Positions 46,659 through 55,884 of a DNA stretch of 64,000 nucleotides are shown in pieces (position 1 is the stretch's first letter; the number at the start of each line of letters is the position of its first letter). The position numbers and the translations under genes are program-made. This DNA comes from Sedimentisphaerales bacterium (GTDB lineage: Bacteria > Planctomycetota > Phycisphaerae > Sedimentisphaerales > SM23-30). The stretch lies in NCBI GenBank assembly GCA_016928435.1, contig JAFGKT010000060.1, forward strand, positions 20,870 to 84,869, written 5' to 3'. The notes beneath the pieces were generated by a model. It ran no database searches. It saw only the letters and a program-made list of their open reading frames with translations, and was not told where the DNA came from.

Positions 46659-47633
46659 ATGAATAAAGCATTGGTAGTTGACACTCTGCCTTTATTTGAG
46701 CGGGAAAAACGCGATATCTTCGCCGGACAGTTGGAACTGAAGATGGCCGAGAGCAAAGACCCCCAATATCTAGCGGAAGCGGTCGCCGACTGTGATGCGA
46801 TATTGGTCGCGTTAAGCAAGATCCCAGCCAATGTCATCGAGGCAGGCAAAAAGCTGCGCGTTATTGCCCGATATGGTATTGGTACGGATAATATCGATAT
46901 TGCCCAAGCTACCGCCCAAGGCATAGTCGTGACATATTGCCCCGAGTATCATCTGCCCACAGCACCGGAGCATGTTCTTGCTTTGATGTTCGCGTTGGCG
47001 CGGAAGATCTGCTTGGGCGATCTTTCGGTACGACAGGGAAACTGGGACCATACAGTCGCGATGGGTGTGGATATCGAAGGCAAAACATTGGGCATTTTAG
47101 GATTGGGTCGCATTGGGACTAAACTAGCGCAGAAAGCCGCTGCGTTGGGGATGAATGTCATTGGTTACGATCCTCTTGTCAAAGCGGAACAATTGAATGG
47201 ATTAGACATTGATGTTGTAGATTTCGATACAGTAGTCAAATCCGCGGACTTTCTCTCGATCTGCATGCCTTTGACCGACCAAACTCAAGGCTTGATCAAT
47301 GCTTCGGTATTCGCCCGGATGAAGGACAGTGCGTTTTTGATTAATAATGCCCGTGGTCCAATCGTCGATGAGAATGACTTATATGATGCGTTGAAGGGCA
47401 ATGTAATAGCCGGAGCTGCTTTGGATGTAATGACGCAGGAGCCGCCCGGTCCCGGCCATAAATTGTACGAGTTGGATAATGTGATTATCACGCCTCATTG
47501 CACTGGCAGTACGGTTGAGTCTATGCAGCGGGTGGAGATGACCGCCGCGCAGAGTGCGGTCGATGTACTGGCGGGCAAAAAGCCCAAGTACATACGCAAT
47601 CCGGAAGTGTTGGATAAATTAGATTTACAGTAA
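46659..47633 (+). CDS. D-isomer-specific 2-hydroxyacid dehydrogenase family protein
   Basis: 'GILGLGRIGTKLAQKA' NAD motif and the catalytic region 'NNARGPIVDE...TPH'. Confidence 0.88.
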   Translation: MNKALVVDTLPLFEREKRDIFAGQLELKMAESKDPQYLAEAVADCDAILVALSKIPANVIEAGKKLRVIARYGIGTDNIDIAQATAQGIVVTYCPEYHLPTAPEHVLALMFALARKICLGDLSVRQGNWDHTVAMGVDIEGKTLGILGLGRIGTKLAQKAAALGMNVIGYDPLVKAEQLNGLDIDVVDFDTVVKSADFLSICMPLTDQTQGLINASVFARMKDSAFLINNARGPIVDENDLYDALKGNVIAGAALDVMTQEPPGPGHKLYELDNVIITPHCTGSTVESMQRVEMTAAQSAVDVLAGKKPKYIRNPEVLDKLDLQ

Positions 47634-47651
47634 AATTCGATTGGAGCATCC

Positions 47652-48446
47652 ATGAAGTATTTGCGTTTTAAGGACAACAATGGCCAGACCCGACAAGGCG
47701 AGTTGAAAAGTGATGGATCGATCGCTTTGCTCAAAGGCGAGATTATGGGCCAACATGAATTTACAGGAGAGATATGCCGAGCGGATGATATCGCCGAATA
47801 TCTCCCCCCGGTTCCGATTATCAATCTGGTCGCTCTAGGGGCGAATTACACCGAACACATTGAGGAGAGTAAGGTCGAAACGCCGGATCTGCCGTTGGTG
47901 TTCTTAAAAGCGATATCCAGTTTGAATGCTCACGGCAAACCTATAATACTGCCCCGGTCAGCTCCCCAAGAGGTGGACTATGAAGCGGAGCTGGGAGTCA
48001 TTATCGGTAAGCCCGCCAAGAACGTAGCCAAGGAAGATGTCGATAATTACATATTTGGATATACCTGTGTCAACGATGTCAGTGCCCGGGATTGTCAATT
48101 ACGTTATGACAAGCAATGGGCCCGGGGAAAGTCGTTCGATACTTTCTGTCCCGTTGGCCCGGTAGTGCAAACCGAATTTGATCCAACTGATGTAAGAATT
48201 CGGTTGTTCTTGAATGGCCAGTGCCTGCAAGATGATTCCACCAAAAAAATGATATATTCAGTACGCGATATTATTAGTTATCTATCTCATAACATGACAC
48301 TTCCTGCCGGAACGTTGGTATTGACCGGCACACCGTGCGGCGTAGGTTTTGCGCGAGACCCGCAGGTATTTTTACAACCGGGAGACAAGGTCGTGGTGGA
48401 AATTGATGGTATTGGCAAGTTAGAGAATGATGTAACCGCTGAATAA
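47652..48446 (+). CDS. fumarylacetoacetate hydrolase (FAH) family protein
   Basis: 'VDYEAELGVIIGK', 'KSFDTFCPVGP' and 'GTPCGVG' are FAH-fold landmarks. Confidence 0.88.
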   Translation: MKYLRFKDNNGQTRQGELKSDGSIALLKGEIMGQHEFTGEICRADDIAEYLPPVPIINLVALGANYTEHIEESKVETPDLPLVFLKAISSLNAHGKPIILPRSAPQEVDYEAELGVIIGKPAKNVAKEDVDNYIFGYTCVNDVSARDCQLRYDKQWARGKSFDTFCPVGPVVQTEFDPTDVRIRLFLNGQCLQDDSTKKMIYSVRDIISYLSHNMTLPAGTLVLTGTPCGVGFARDPQVFLQPGDKVVVEIDGIGKLENDVTAE

Positions 48447-48570
48447 ACCGCGCCGAACCCCGACAATATAAATCAAGAAAAAGTGCGACACATAGCATAG
48501 CGCAATAGCCCGGAACGCCAAATCGCAACTTACCAACCCACATCAACCCCTTCTCACCGCGCAGCAAAAA

Positions 48571-48641
48571 AGCGGGCGATGGGAATCGAACCCACATGAC
48601 CAGCTTGGAAGGCTGGGGCTTTACCATTAAGCTACGCCCGC
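48571..48641 (-). tRNA. tRNA-Gly (anticodon UCC)
   Basis: The reverse complement folds by hand into a cloverleaf: acceptor GCGGGCG/CGCCCGC, D arm GCTT/AAGC, anticodon stem CCAGC/GCTGG with loop CTTCCAA, T arm GTGGG-TTCGATT-CCCAT. 71 nt, CCA not encoded. Confidence 0.93.
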
Positions 48642-48733
48642 AAATTACTGCGAATACACACTTTACGGCAGTGCTGTTCCGTCGTCGCCCCCGCGTCGCC
48701 TGCGCCGGTCACCATCCGTAAATCGTGGTCGGA

Positions 48734-48762
48734 ATTATAGCACGCTCCGCCGCAAACCACAA
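48734..48762 (-). promoter_or_regulatory. promoter of tRNA-Gly (conserved promoter-leader module, copy 1)
   Basis: Minus strand: TTGTGG (48762-48757), 17 nt, TATAAT (48739-48734), ~90 nt upstream of the tRNA 5' end. Confidence 0.5.
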
Positions 48763-48883
48763 GTCCGCCGCCAAAAATTCTCTGCATTACCCTCTTAACG
48801 CCATTTCCATCCCAGATTGCCACGCCCCTGAGCGCTTCCCTCTTAAAAACCACCTGCTGTATTTGGGTTGACGAATTACGACC

Positions 48884-50569
48884 TTATCCTTTGCACCTTT
48901 CTTTGATCGCCAAAAGGTCTTTCATGATATGATTCAGTTTGCCTGAGTAGCTATCTGTCCCAAAAGCGTCATGAACTTGTTTATAGAGCCCATAAAGTTC
49001 AGCGTAAACTTTGTGGTTTTCAGGAATCGGCTTATACGTAATATCCTTCACACCGGTCATAGCGTTCTGAGCTTCTTGGAAACTACCATACCCACCATTT
49101 GCCTTACCAGCCACAACAGCCGCGGCAATCGCTGAACCCAATGCGCAAGTCTGTGCCGAGCGGGACACCTTCATTTCACGCCCGGTTACGTCAGCGTAAA
49201 TCTGCATCAGAACAGAATTCTTCTCCGCAATCCCGCCGCAGTTAATAACTGCTTCAATATTTATCCCGTATTCTTCAAACCGATTAATGATTGTTAAAGC
49301 CCCAAAAGCCGTTGCTTCAATAAGGCTGCGATAAATCTCTTCCGGTTTGGTATGCAATGTTTGTCCCAGCAACAATCCGGTCAAACGCTGATCAGCCAAA
49401 ACGGTACGGTTACCATTGTTCCAATCCAATGCCAAAAGTCCGGACTCCCCGGGTTTGAGTTGAGCAGCTCTTTCCGTCAGAGCAGTGTGGCTGCCGTTTT
49501 TACTGCCGCCGGGCTGAATGTAATTGACAAACCAATTGAAAATATCTCCCACAGCCGATTGTCCTGCTTCCAGGGCGAAAAAGCCCGGCAAAACAGAACC
49601 ATCGACAATCCCGCAAATCCCCGGCACATCCGGCAGGTCATCCGTATTCGGCGATACCACCATATCACAACTGCTCGTGCCGAGAATCTGGACAACTGTC
49701 CCACTACCAATCCCCGCTCCCACTGCCCCTAGATGAGCATCAATAGCACCCATAGCAACCGGAATACCACCCGGCAAGCCAAGCTTACTCGCCCACTTAC
49801 TTGTCAAATCTCCAGCAGCCGTATCGATCGCGTATGTTTGGTCACTTAATGTGTCTCGAAGTTCGCCCAGCTTTGGATCCAGCATGGATAAAAATTCTTT
49901 ATCCGGATAACCGCCCCATGTGTCACTAAACATCGCCTTGTGACCGGCTGCGCAGCGGCATCGTTTAATAATCCTTGGATCGCTCGTGCCAGTCAACAAT
50001 CCGGTCATATAATCAGCATGTTCAACCCAAGTATAAGCTGCGTCAAACACCGCAGAATCCACACGCAAACAGTGCAGTATCTTGCTGAAAAACCATTCCG
50101 AAGAATATGTTCCGCCGCATTTAGCTAGATACTGTGGACGATACTTTTGGGCCAGTTCCGTGATCTCCGCTGCTTCAGCATATCCTGTATGATCCTTCCA
50201 AAGCCAGCTCATAGCATTGAGATTATCCTTAAATGCGTCCTGTAAACCAAGCGGCCTACCCTGTTCATCCACCGGTATCGGCGTCGAACCGGTAGTGTCA
50301 ACACCAATGCCGATAATCTGCGACGCGTCAAAATTACTATCTGCTTTTTTAGCTGCCGCGATGGTGTTCTTGACCGTTGCCTCAAGCCCGTCAATATAAT
50401 CTTGCGGATTCTGACGAGCAACGTTGTGGTCCGATCCGTCTAGCATAATACCCATATCGCCCGTCGGATAGTTGAACACTTCTGTTGCCAGTTCAGTACC
50501 ATCGGCCACATTAACCACAATGCAGCGAACCGAATTACTGCCGTAATCAAGACCAATTGTATATGACAT
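48884..50569 (-). CDS. araB: ribulokinase (FGGY carbohydrate kinase)
   Basis: 561 aa. 'YTIGLDYGSNSVR' N-terminus and overall colinearity with AraB-type FGGY kinases. Confidence 0.8.
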   Translation of the reverse strand: MSYTIGLDYGSNSVRCIVVNVADGTELATEVFNYPTGDMGIMLDGSDHNVARQNPQDYIDGLEATVKNTIAAAKKADSNFDASQIIGIGVDTTGSTPIPVDEQGRPLGLQDAFKDNLNAMSWLWKDHTGYAEAAEITELAQKYRPQYLAKCGGTYSSEWFFSKILHCLRVDSAVFDAAYTWVEHADYMTGLLTGTSDPRIIKRCRCAAGHKAMFSDTWGGYPDKEFLSMLDPKLGELRDTLSDQTYAIDTAAGDLTSKWASKLGLPGGIPVAMGAIDAHLGAVGAGIGSGTVVQILGTSSCDMVVSPNTDDLPDVPGICGIVDGSVLPGFFALEAGQSAVGDIFNWFVNYIQPGGSKNGSHTALTERAAQLKPGESGLLALDWNNGNRTVLADQRLTGLLLGQTLHTKPEEIYRSLIEATAFGALTIINRFEEYGINIEAVINCGGIAEKNSVLMQIYADVTGREMKVSRSAQTCALGSAIAAAVVAGKANGGYGSFQEAQNAMTGVKDITYKPIPENHKVYAELYGLYKQVHDAFGTDSYSGKLNHIMKDLLAIKERCKG

Positions 50570-50686
50570 GTTATCTTTTTAACCTTCCTGTAGTTAAATT
50601 ACACATTCTTAAACACCTCAATATGCAATCAAAAATGCCGCTTCCCTATTGCGTCTGCTGGCGACCATTCGCAATCCGTGGCCAAA

Positions 50687-50715
50687 ATTATAACACGCCC
50701 CCTAATAAACCACAA
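50687..50715 (-). promoter_or_regulatory. promoter of araB (conserved promoter-leader module, copy 2)
   Basis: Minus strand: TTGTGG (50715-50710), 17 nt, TATAAT (50692-50687). About 74% identical to copy 1 over 72 ungapped nt. Confidence 0.5.
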
Positions 50716-51145
50716 GCCCGCCACCAAGAATTCGCCCCCGGCAAATTTATAAATCCGCGATAATCCGCGCAATCCGCGGTTTCAAAATCCCCATTGCGCA
50801 CTATCGCTACCGACCAAACTGCGCAGAATCAGCCACCCCTAAAAAACTCCGAATTTCTGAAAAAAACCGTCCCATTTCTAATCAAAACCAATCAAAACCA
50901 ACAAATTTCGATTCATTTCTGATCGCCCCTTCTCACCTGTCCCACCCTAGCGCGCTCCCGACAAACCATCGCGCATCTCACCTACCGTTACCCAGCGTCT
51001 ATCTACTGCGCCCGCGCGCCCATATCCCACCAAATCTCTCATTTCCGCGTCTAAATTTTGCGCATTTTTGCTATCCCCTTACTAGCACCCGAACGTAAGC
51101 AATATTTATGTTGCTCTAGCTCGGCCGGTTGAACCCTTACTATAA

Positions 51146-53803
51146 TCAAGCATCCCCCAGACAGCCCGGCACAAGTTCCGAAACGCGTTCAGATGAATCG
51201 CTAACCAAATACTTCTCTAGGATTACAGCGATCTTCTTACTGTCCACTGGTTTCGGCAGATGCTCATCACAACCAGCCTCCAGACATCTGTCTCTATCTT
51301 CTCTCATAGCATTAGCCGTCAGAGCTATAATTGGCACCGTGAAACCTTTTCCTCGCAAAGCCCCCACTGCGTCATAGCCATTCATCACCGGCATTTGCAT
51401 ATCCATGAAAATAATATCAAACATCTCCGCTGTCGCCGTGTCCACAGCTTGCTGACCATTATCAACCAGTGTCACCTTTAACCCTAATCGCTTCAAAAGT
51501 ATCTCAATCAACTTTTGATTTGAAACACTATCCTCCGCCACTAGTATATTGCCCGAATAACCTTTCTTCTTGTTGTTATTTGATTTCTGCCTATGTTCTT
51601 CTACCTTTGATTCACCCAACATCGCCTGAGATTCAACATCAATCCCAGCCGGTACCCAAAGAGAGAAAACCGAACCCTTCCCAACTTCACTTTCCACACT
51701 AATACTGCCACCCAAAAGCTCCGCTAACTTCTTGGTGATTGTTAAGCCCAAACCCGTCCCACCGAAAGTCCGTGTGGTCGAACCATCAGCTTGAGAAAAA
51801 GATTCAAAAATCAAATCTTGCTTGTCAACGGGAATGCCAATGCCGCTGTCTTCAACATCAAAACGGATATGGGGATTGCCTTCAATTTCTTCCAAAGAAA
51901 CTGTGACATATACATGCCCTTCATCAGTGAACTTGATAGCGTTGCCAATTAAATTCGTCAAGCATTGGTAAACTCGAGTGGGATCAGTGTGAATAAATGC
52001 GGGAAATGTTGTCTTGTATCGAACCTCAAAATCCAACCCCTTTTCCGTAGCCTTAGACTTCAACATCAAACTGACATTGCCTAATAACTCTTCCAATGAA
52101 CACTCAATCTTCTCGATATCCAATTTGCCCGCTTCAATCTTGGAAAAATCTAAAATGTCGTCGATGATAGTCAGCAAATTCTTACTCGAAGTTATTATCA
52201 TGTTCACGTATTGTGCGTGTTCCGGGCTGAGATCTTCCTGGGATAAAAGATCGCTGAAACCGATGATCGCGTTCATCGGGGTGCGGATTTCATGGCTCAT
52301 ATTCGCTAGAAACTCGCTCTTTGCTCGGTTGGCAATGTTGGCTTCTCGGGCCATTTGAGTCGAGCAGGCGATCGCCTCATTCAAATTAACGTTTATCTGC
52401 TCAACCTCATCCTTGGCGTGTTTTAGTTCGTTCTCAAATTCTTTGCGGTCCGTAATGTCCCTAAGAACTCCCACAAAACCAGTGAATTCACCTTTGTCAT
52501 TGTTTAATACTCTAGCGGAAAGCAATGTCGTAATTTCTTTTTTGTCCTTGGTGATAATGATAGTTTCAAAATTCGTTACTTTTCCCGCTAACGCTTCTTG
52601 CATTAGCAAATAATGCTTGTTATGGTATCGCTGTGGGAATAAATCCTCAAAACTCATCGTGAGCAGTTCTTCAATGGAATAGCCCCATAGTGCCGCCGTG
52701 GCGTTATTCACTTTTATCACTTTTAGTTCATTATTGACGACCAATAGCGCGTCCCCCATGGTCTCAAGGTAAACTTCATTCTTTCTGATTTCATCCTCAG
52801 CCTGCTTACGCTCGGTAATGTCTTCATACGTGCCTAAAACCCCAATTACATTTCCCTGTAAATCGGTCAAAGGCACTTTGCTTGTTCGTAACCAGATTTG
52901 ACTGCCGTCCGGGGTGGTCTGAGGTTCTTCATAATTGACTCTTGAGCTCCCTGAATCTAGAACGTTTTGATCGTCCGCCCGGTAAAGCTCAGCCTGATCC
53001 TTCCACCCCATTTCAAAGTCACTCTTACCAACCATGTCTTCAGGCTTCTCCATCCCGGCATCGTCCGCGAATATCTGGTTGCAGCCAAGATAGTTCAAGT
53101 CTTTGTCTTTCCAGAAAATCCTTATCGTAAGAAGATCTATTATCCTCTGCAAAACCCTCCCGGAATTCGCGATATCCTCTTGCATCTGCTTGGTTTCTGT
53201 TATGTCTCTGGCATATAAGTTAGCGTATCCAGAATCTTCTACCGCAGCGATAACTATCGAAAAAACTTTCCCTGCTGCTTCTTCTTCCTCTTCTATGTGT
53301 TTTCCCGATGCGAAAGCTTCTGTAATTAGATCAAGCCATTTCTCTGGTACCAGCCCGCCTATTGCCGAATCCCAACTGGAAAGCAATATCTTACCTGCTT
53401 CATTGCTATACAAAATATCCCCGTCTTTGGCGATACGCAAAACCGGATCGGGGTTCTCGCTCGGGAACCTCGACAGCATCTTTACCTTTTTCTTCGCGTC
53501 GTCCAATGCCCGGCCCATCACCCCAGCCATTACTGTAACGATCACCCCTGTAATCACCAAAAAGAACATCAACGACACTATCGACAAAAAAGCATTGTTC
53601 ACATGGTAAGATACAAAAACATACCGGTGCAAAATATCCTGACAAAGTGCGCCCGCCCCGAAAATTATCGCCACTGAAACCACAAGCAGCAATAACTGCC
53701 TTTTGTGACCATGCAGGCTGATTATTTTGCTCGGGCGACCGCCCAAATGAACTCGCGAATCTGAATCTTTTCTCTGCGATTCTGCTTTGATGTGTGTCCG
53801 CAT
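51146..53803 (-). CDS. hybrid sensor histidine kinase / response regulator with PAS domains
   Basis: Two N-terminal TM segments and PAS repeats. H-box 'SHEIRTPMNAI', N/G boxes 'NLIGNAIKFT', 'DSGIGI', 'GGTGLGL'. C-terminal receiver 'IIFMDMQMPVMNG'. Confidence 0.88.
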   Translation of the reverse strand: MRTHIKAESQRKDSDSRVHLGGRPSKIISLHGHKRQLLLLVVSVAIIFGAGALCQDILHRYVFVSYHVNNAFLSIVSLMFFLVITGVIVTVMAGVMGRALDDAKKKVKMLSRFPSENPDPVLRIAKDGDILYSNEAGKILLSSWDSAIGGLVPEKWLDLITEAFASGKHIEEEEEAAGKVFSIVIAAVEDSGYANLYARDITETKQMQEDIANSGRVLQRIIDLLTIRIFWKDKDLNYLGCNQIFADDAGMEKPEDMVGKSDFEMGWKDQAELYRADDQNVLDSGSSRVNYEEPQTTPDGSQIWLRTSKVPLTDLQGNVIGVLGTYEDITERKQAEDEIRKNEVYLETMGDALLVVNNELKVIKVNNATAALWGYSIEELLTMSFEDLFPQRYHNKHYLLMQEALAGKVTNFETIIITKDKKEITTLLSARVLNNDKGEFTGFVGVLRDITDRKEFENELKHAKDEVEQINVNLNEAIACSTQMAREANIANRAKSEFLANMSHEIRTPMNAIIGFSDLLSQEDLSPEHAQYVNMIITSSKNLLTIIDDILDFSKIEAGKLDIEKIECSLEELLGNVSLMLKSKATEKGLDFEVRYKTTFPAFIHTDPTRVYQCLTNLIGNAIKFTDEGHVYVTVSLEEIEGNPHIRFDVEDSGIGIPVDKQDLIFESFSQADGSTTRTFGGTGLGLTITKKLAELLGGSISVESEVGKGSVFSLWVPAGIDVESQAMLGESKVEEHRQKSNNNKKKGYSGNILVAEDSVSNQKLIEILLKRLGLKVTLVDNGQQAVDTATAEMFDIIFMDMQMPVMNGYDAVGALRGKGFTVPIIALTANAMREDRDRCLEAGCDEHLPKPVDSKKIAVILEKYLVSDSSERVSELVPGCLGDA

Positions 53804-54145
53804 AACTTACCCTTCAAACATAAGACATCCTCTATCCACCAATTCATTTATCGACTTGAATACTCACAGAAAAAACCAATATCTGCTGCAATGAAATATA
53901 CTCTAATCCGAGATTGCATCTCTCTTATAACAAATTACAAATAAGCACCTTAACGCAGCACCCCCTATTCCCTTTTTTTCTTTGCGACACATTTCATCAA
54001 CCACCAGTAACTTATAGGACCACTTCATCAATCAAGCCAATATCGCTAACCATAACCATCCCTTGACATCCTCCTTCTTTCCCCTTAATCTGATATCCAG
54101 CATTGATGGAACCTCCCCGCCGATAAAAACGACAACAGATTTCTG

Positions 54146-54215
54146 TAGGACGGCTAATTTTAAACATCTTGTTCAAAGTTATCTACGCGGTTCCCTGACC
54201 AACATAATCAGAGCC
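54146..54215. repeat. hairpin repeat family 3, copy b (with family 2-like modules)
   Basis: 'taggacggctaattttaaacatcttgttcaaagttatctacgcggttcc' matches 54880-54930 at about 41/52 positions. It continues into 'ctgaccaac' and 'aatcagagcc', both also found in family 2. Confidence 0.65.
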
Positions 54216-54319
54216 TCAAAGCGTAACAACATTCTACAAATTGCGTTCAAGTTTCACTTTGTTGTGGTATAATCTTTTCGTTAACACTTCATCAATCCGG
54301 GAAAGGCAAGGTGAAAACT

Positions 54320-54856
54320 ATGGATGTTCATCAAGCAATTCGCAATCGTCGCAGTGTAAGGGCCTATGACCATCGTACTATCCCCGCTGATGTCATGCAG
54401 CGTCTTAAAGACGCCCTGCGTTTTGCTCCCTCAGCATGTAATATTCAACCTTGGCGCTTCATCATGGTAACCGATCCCGCGTTAAGGCAGAAGCTCCCCG
54501 CTGCCTGCAAAGGCCAAACTTGGATCAGCCAAGCCCCCCTAACCGTAGTGGCTTGTGGTTATCCGCAAGACGCCTACAAAACCATGGGCGGTTCCGATAG
54601 CGCTATCCCCATCGATTTATCAATCGCTTTGGATCATCTAAGCCTAGCTGCCGTCGCTGAAGGCCTTGGCACTTGTTGGATCGGCGCCTTCGAAGAGCAA
54701 TTGGTAAAAGACCTGCTAGGCATCCCAGCCGATGTCAAAGTCGTAGCTCTAATGTCCGTCGGCTATCCCAAGTCCCCCGAGCTAAATTGCCCCATCGATC
54801 CCGCACGCCGCAAAGCGGAAGCCGAAATCTTCTGCCACGATCGCTATCAAACTTGA
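54320..54856 (+). CDS. nitroreductase-family protein
   Basis: 'AIRNRRSVRAY', 'APSACNIQPWRF'. ATG at 54320 with AGGTGA 5 nt upstream; a GTG at 54311 is also open. Confidence 0.85.
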   Translation: MDVHQAIRNRRSVRAYDHRTIPADVMQRLKDALRFAPSACNIQPWRFIMVTDPALRQKLPAACKGQTWISQAPLTVVACGYPQDAYKTMGGSDSAIPIDLSIALDHLSLAAVAEGLGTCWIGAFEEQLVKDLLGIPADVKVVALMSVGYPKSPELNCPIDPARRKAEAEIFCHDRYQT

Positions 54857-54879
54857 TTTGCCTCAAAAAAACGTAACCT

Positions 54880-54930
54880 TAGGATGGGTAATTTTGAACA
54901 ATATGTTCAAAGTTCCCCACGCGGTTCCTA
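54880..54930. repeat. hairpin repeat family 3, copy c
   Basis: 'taggatgggtaattttgaacaatatgttcaaagttccccacgcggttccta'. Forms a ~15-bp imperfect hairpin GGGTAATTTTGAACA / TGTTCAAAGTTCCCC. Confidence 0.65.
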
Positions 54931-54953
54931 GTGTCTATCTTCCGCTGCCATTT

Positions 54954-55020
54954 CCCAACCACCTACCGGGTGGCACCCTTTCGCGCAGCTAAAGGGTGGT
55001 CGAACCTCAACCAAGCCTCA
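54954..55020. repeat. hairpin repeat family 1, copy 3
   Basis: Same exact 33-mer. The upstream flank 'cccaaccacctac' matches copy 1 and the downstream flank matches copy 2. Confidence 0.85.
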
Positions 55021-55167
55021 GTCTCCAATCAACCACCTTCAGTCAATCCATCCGTGCGATTCGCCGCTTCTCTTGACTGTGAACGGTTACAAAAAAAAAC
55101 AAGGCACGACCAGTATTAATTGGCCGTGCCTTATTATGTTACTCTCTTTACTCGATGTCTTGCCCAC

Positions 55168-55884
55168 TCAACTCAAGACAGCTTCTAGTTCTTCTTCTTT
55201 GCTGGCGGAATTTCTGCGACTGCGCTTCTTGGTCGGGGCAGCCCTTTGGTCAGTGAGAGCAACTTTAAGAGCTTCCGAGGCCGTGGGTGCGAATAAATCG
55301 GCGCCGATCTCTTCCCATAACCCTTCAGCTCTATTAAACAGCCCGCCGCTCAGCATAAAACGCATGTGCGGACAAGCTGATATGTCCCGTGTGTGATCGA
55401 TAAGTTGACGAACCCCAGGTGCCCCCGATGGCTGGGTGCCGTATATAAAAGTAATCTCCGGCTGAATCCTGCCGATCATGCTAAGTATCTCGTCATTAGG
55501 TACACCGCCTCCCAGAAAATGCACCGTCCAACCGTCCGACTCAAAAAGATCCGCACACATTTGAGCCCCCAATTCCTCCGGCTCACCATCCCCACAAACC
55601 ACAATCATTTTCTTGTTACGCTTCGGCCCGCAAGGCAGCTTGCTTTGCAACTGATCCACCAAAGTGCGATTGATACGAACCGCCATCTGATATGTGATCT
55701 GATCAATCTGATGATTGCGGAATATCTGCTCCAACTCTACCATTACCGGCCAAAACAACTCCGTATATATAGTGGTCGCCGGTGTCCCCGTCTGCAAAGC
55801 TTCGCCTAAAACCTTGCGACATTCAACGCGGTCACTCTGTAGTAGTGTTGTAAGATAACGAGTTCTAATCTGAATCAAATCCAT
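55168..55884 (-). CDS. stand-alone cobalamin-binding-domain-like protein (helical bundle + Rossmann-like B12 domain), His ligand absent
   Basis: Architecture and 'MIVVCGDGEPEELGAQMCADLFESDGWTVHFLGGGVP' match the B12-binding domain fold. The DxHxxG motif reads ExExxG. Confidence 0.65.
   Translation of the reverse strand: MDLIQIRTRYLTTLLQSDRVECRKVLGEALQTGTPATTIYTELFWPVMVELEQIFRNHQIDQITYQMAVRINRTLVDQLQSKLPCGPKRNKKMIVVCGDGEPEELGAQMCADLFESDGWTVHFLGGGVPNDEILSMIGRIQPEITFIYGTQPSGAPGVRQLIDHTRDISACPHMRFMLSGGLFNRAEGLWEEIGADLFAPTASEALKVALTDQRAAPTKKRSRRNSASKEEELEAVLS

Noticed and set aside
48274-48627. A 117-aa minus-strand ORF overlaps the 3' end of the FAH gene and the tRNA.
   Set aside because: Its N-terminus ('MVKPQPSKLVMWVRFPSPA') is simply the translated tRNA-Gly sequence, and the rest is antisense to a well-supported CDS.
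48447-48883. Whether tRNA-Gly marks a genomic-island integration site.
   Set aside because: No integrase, no direct repeat of the tRNA 3' end, and no compositional break. The flanking repeat is a promoter-like module shared with araB, not an att site.
50880-50899. A tandem 'aatcaaaacc' x2 and other short direct repeats, considered while scanning for CRISPR-like arrays.
   Set aside because: There are only two 10-nt units. No repeat-spacer periodicity occurs anywhere in the window and there are no cas genes.
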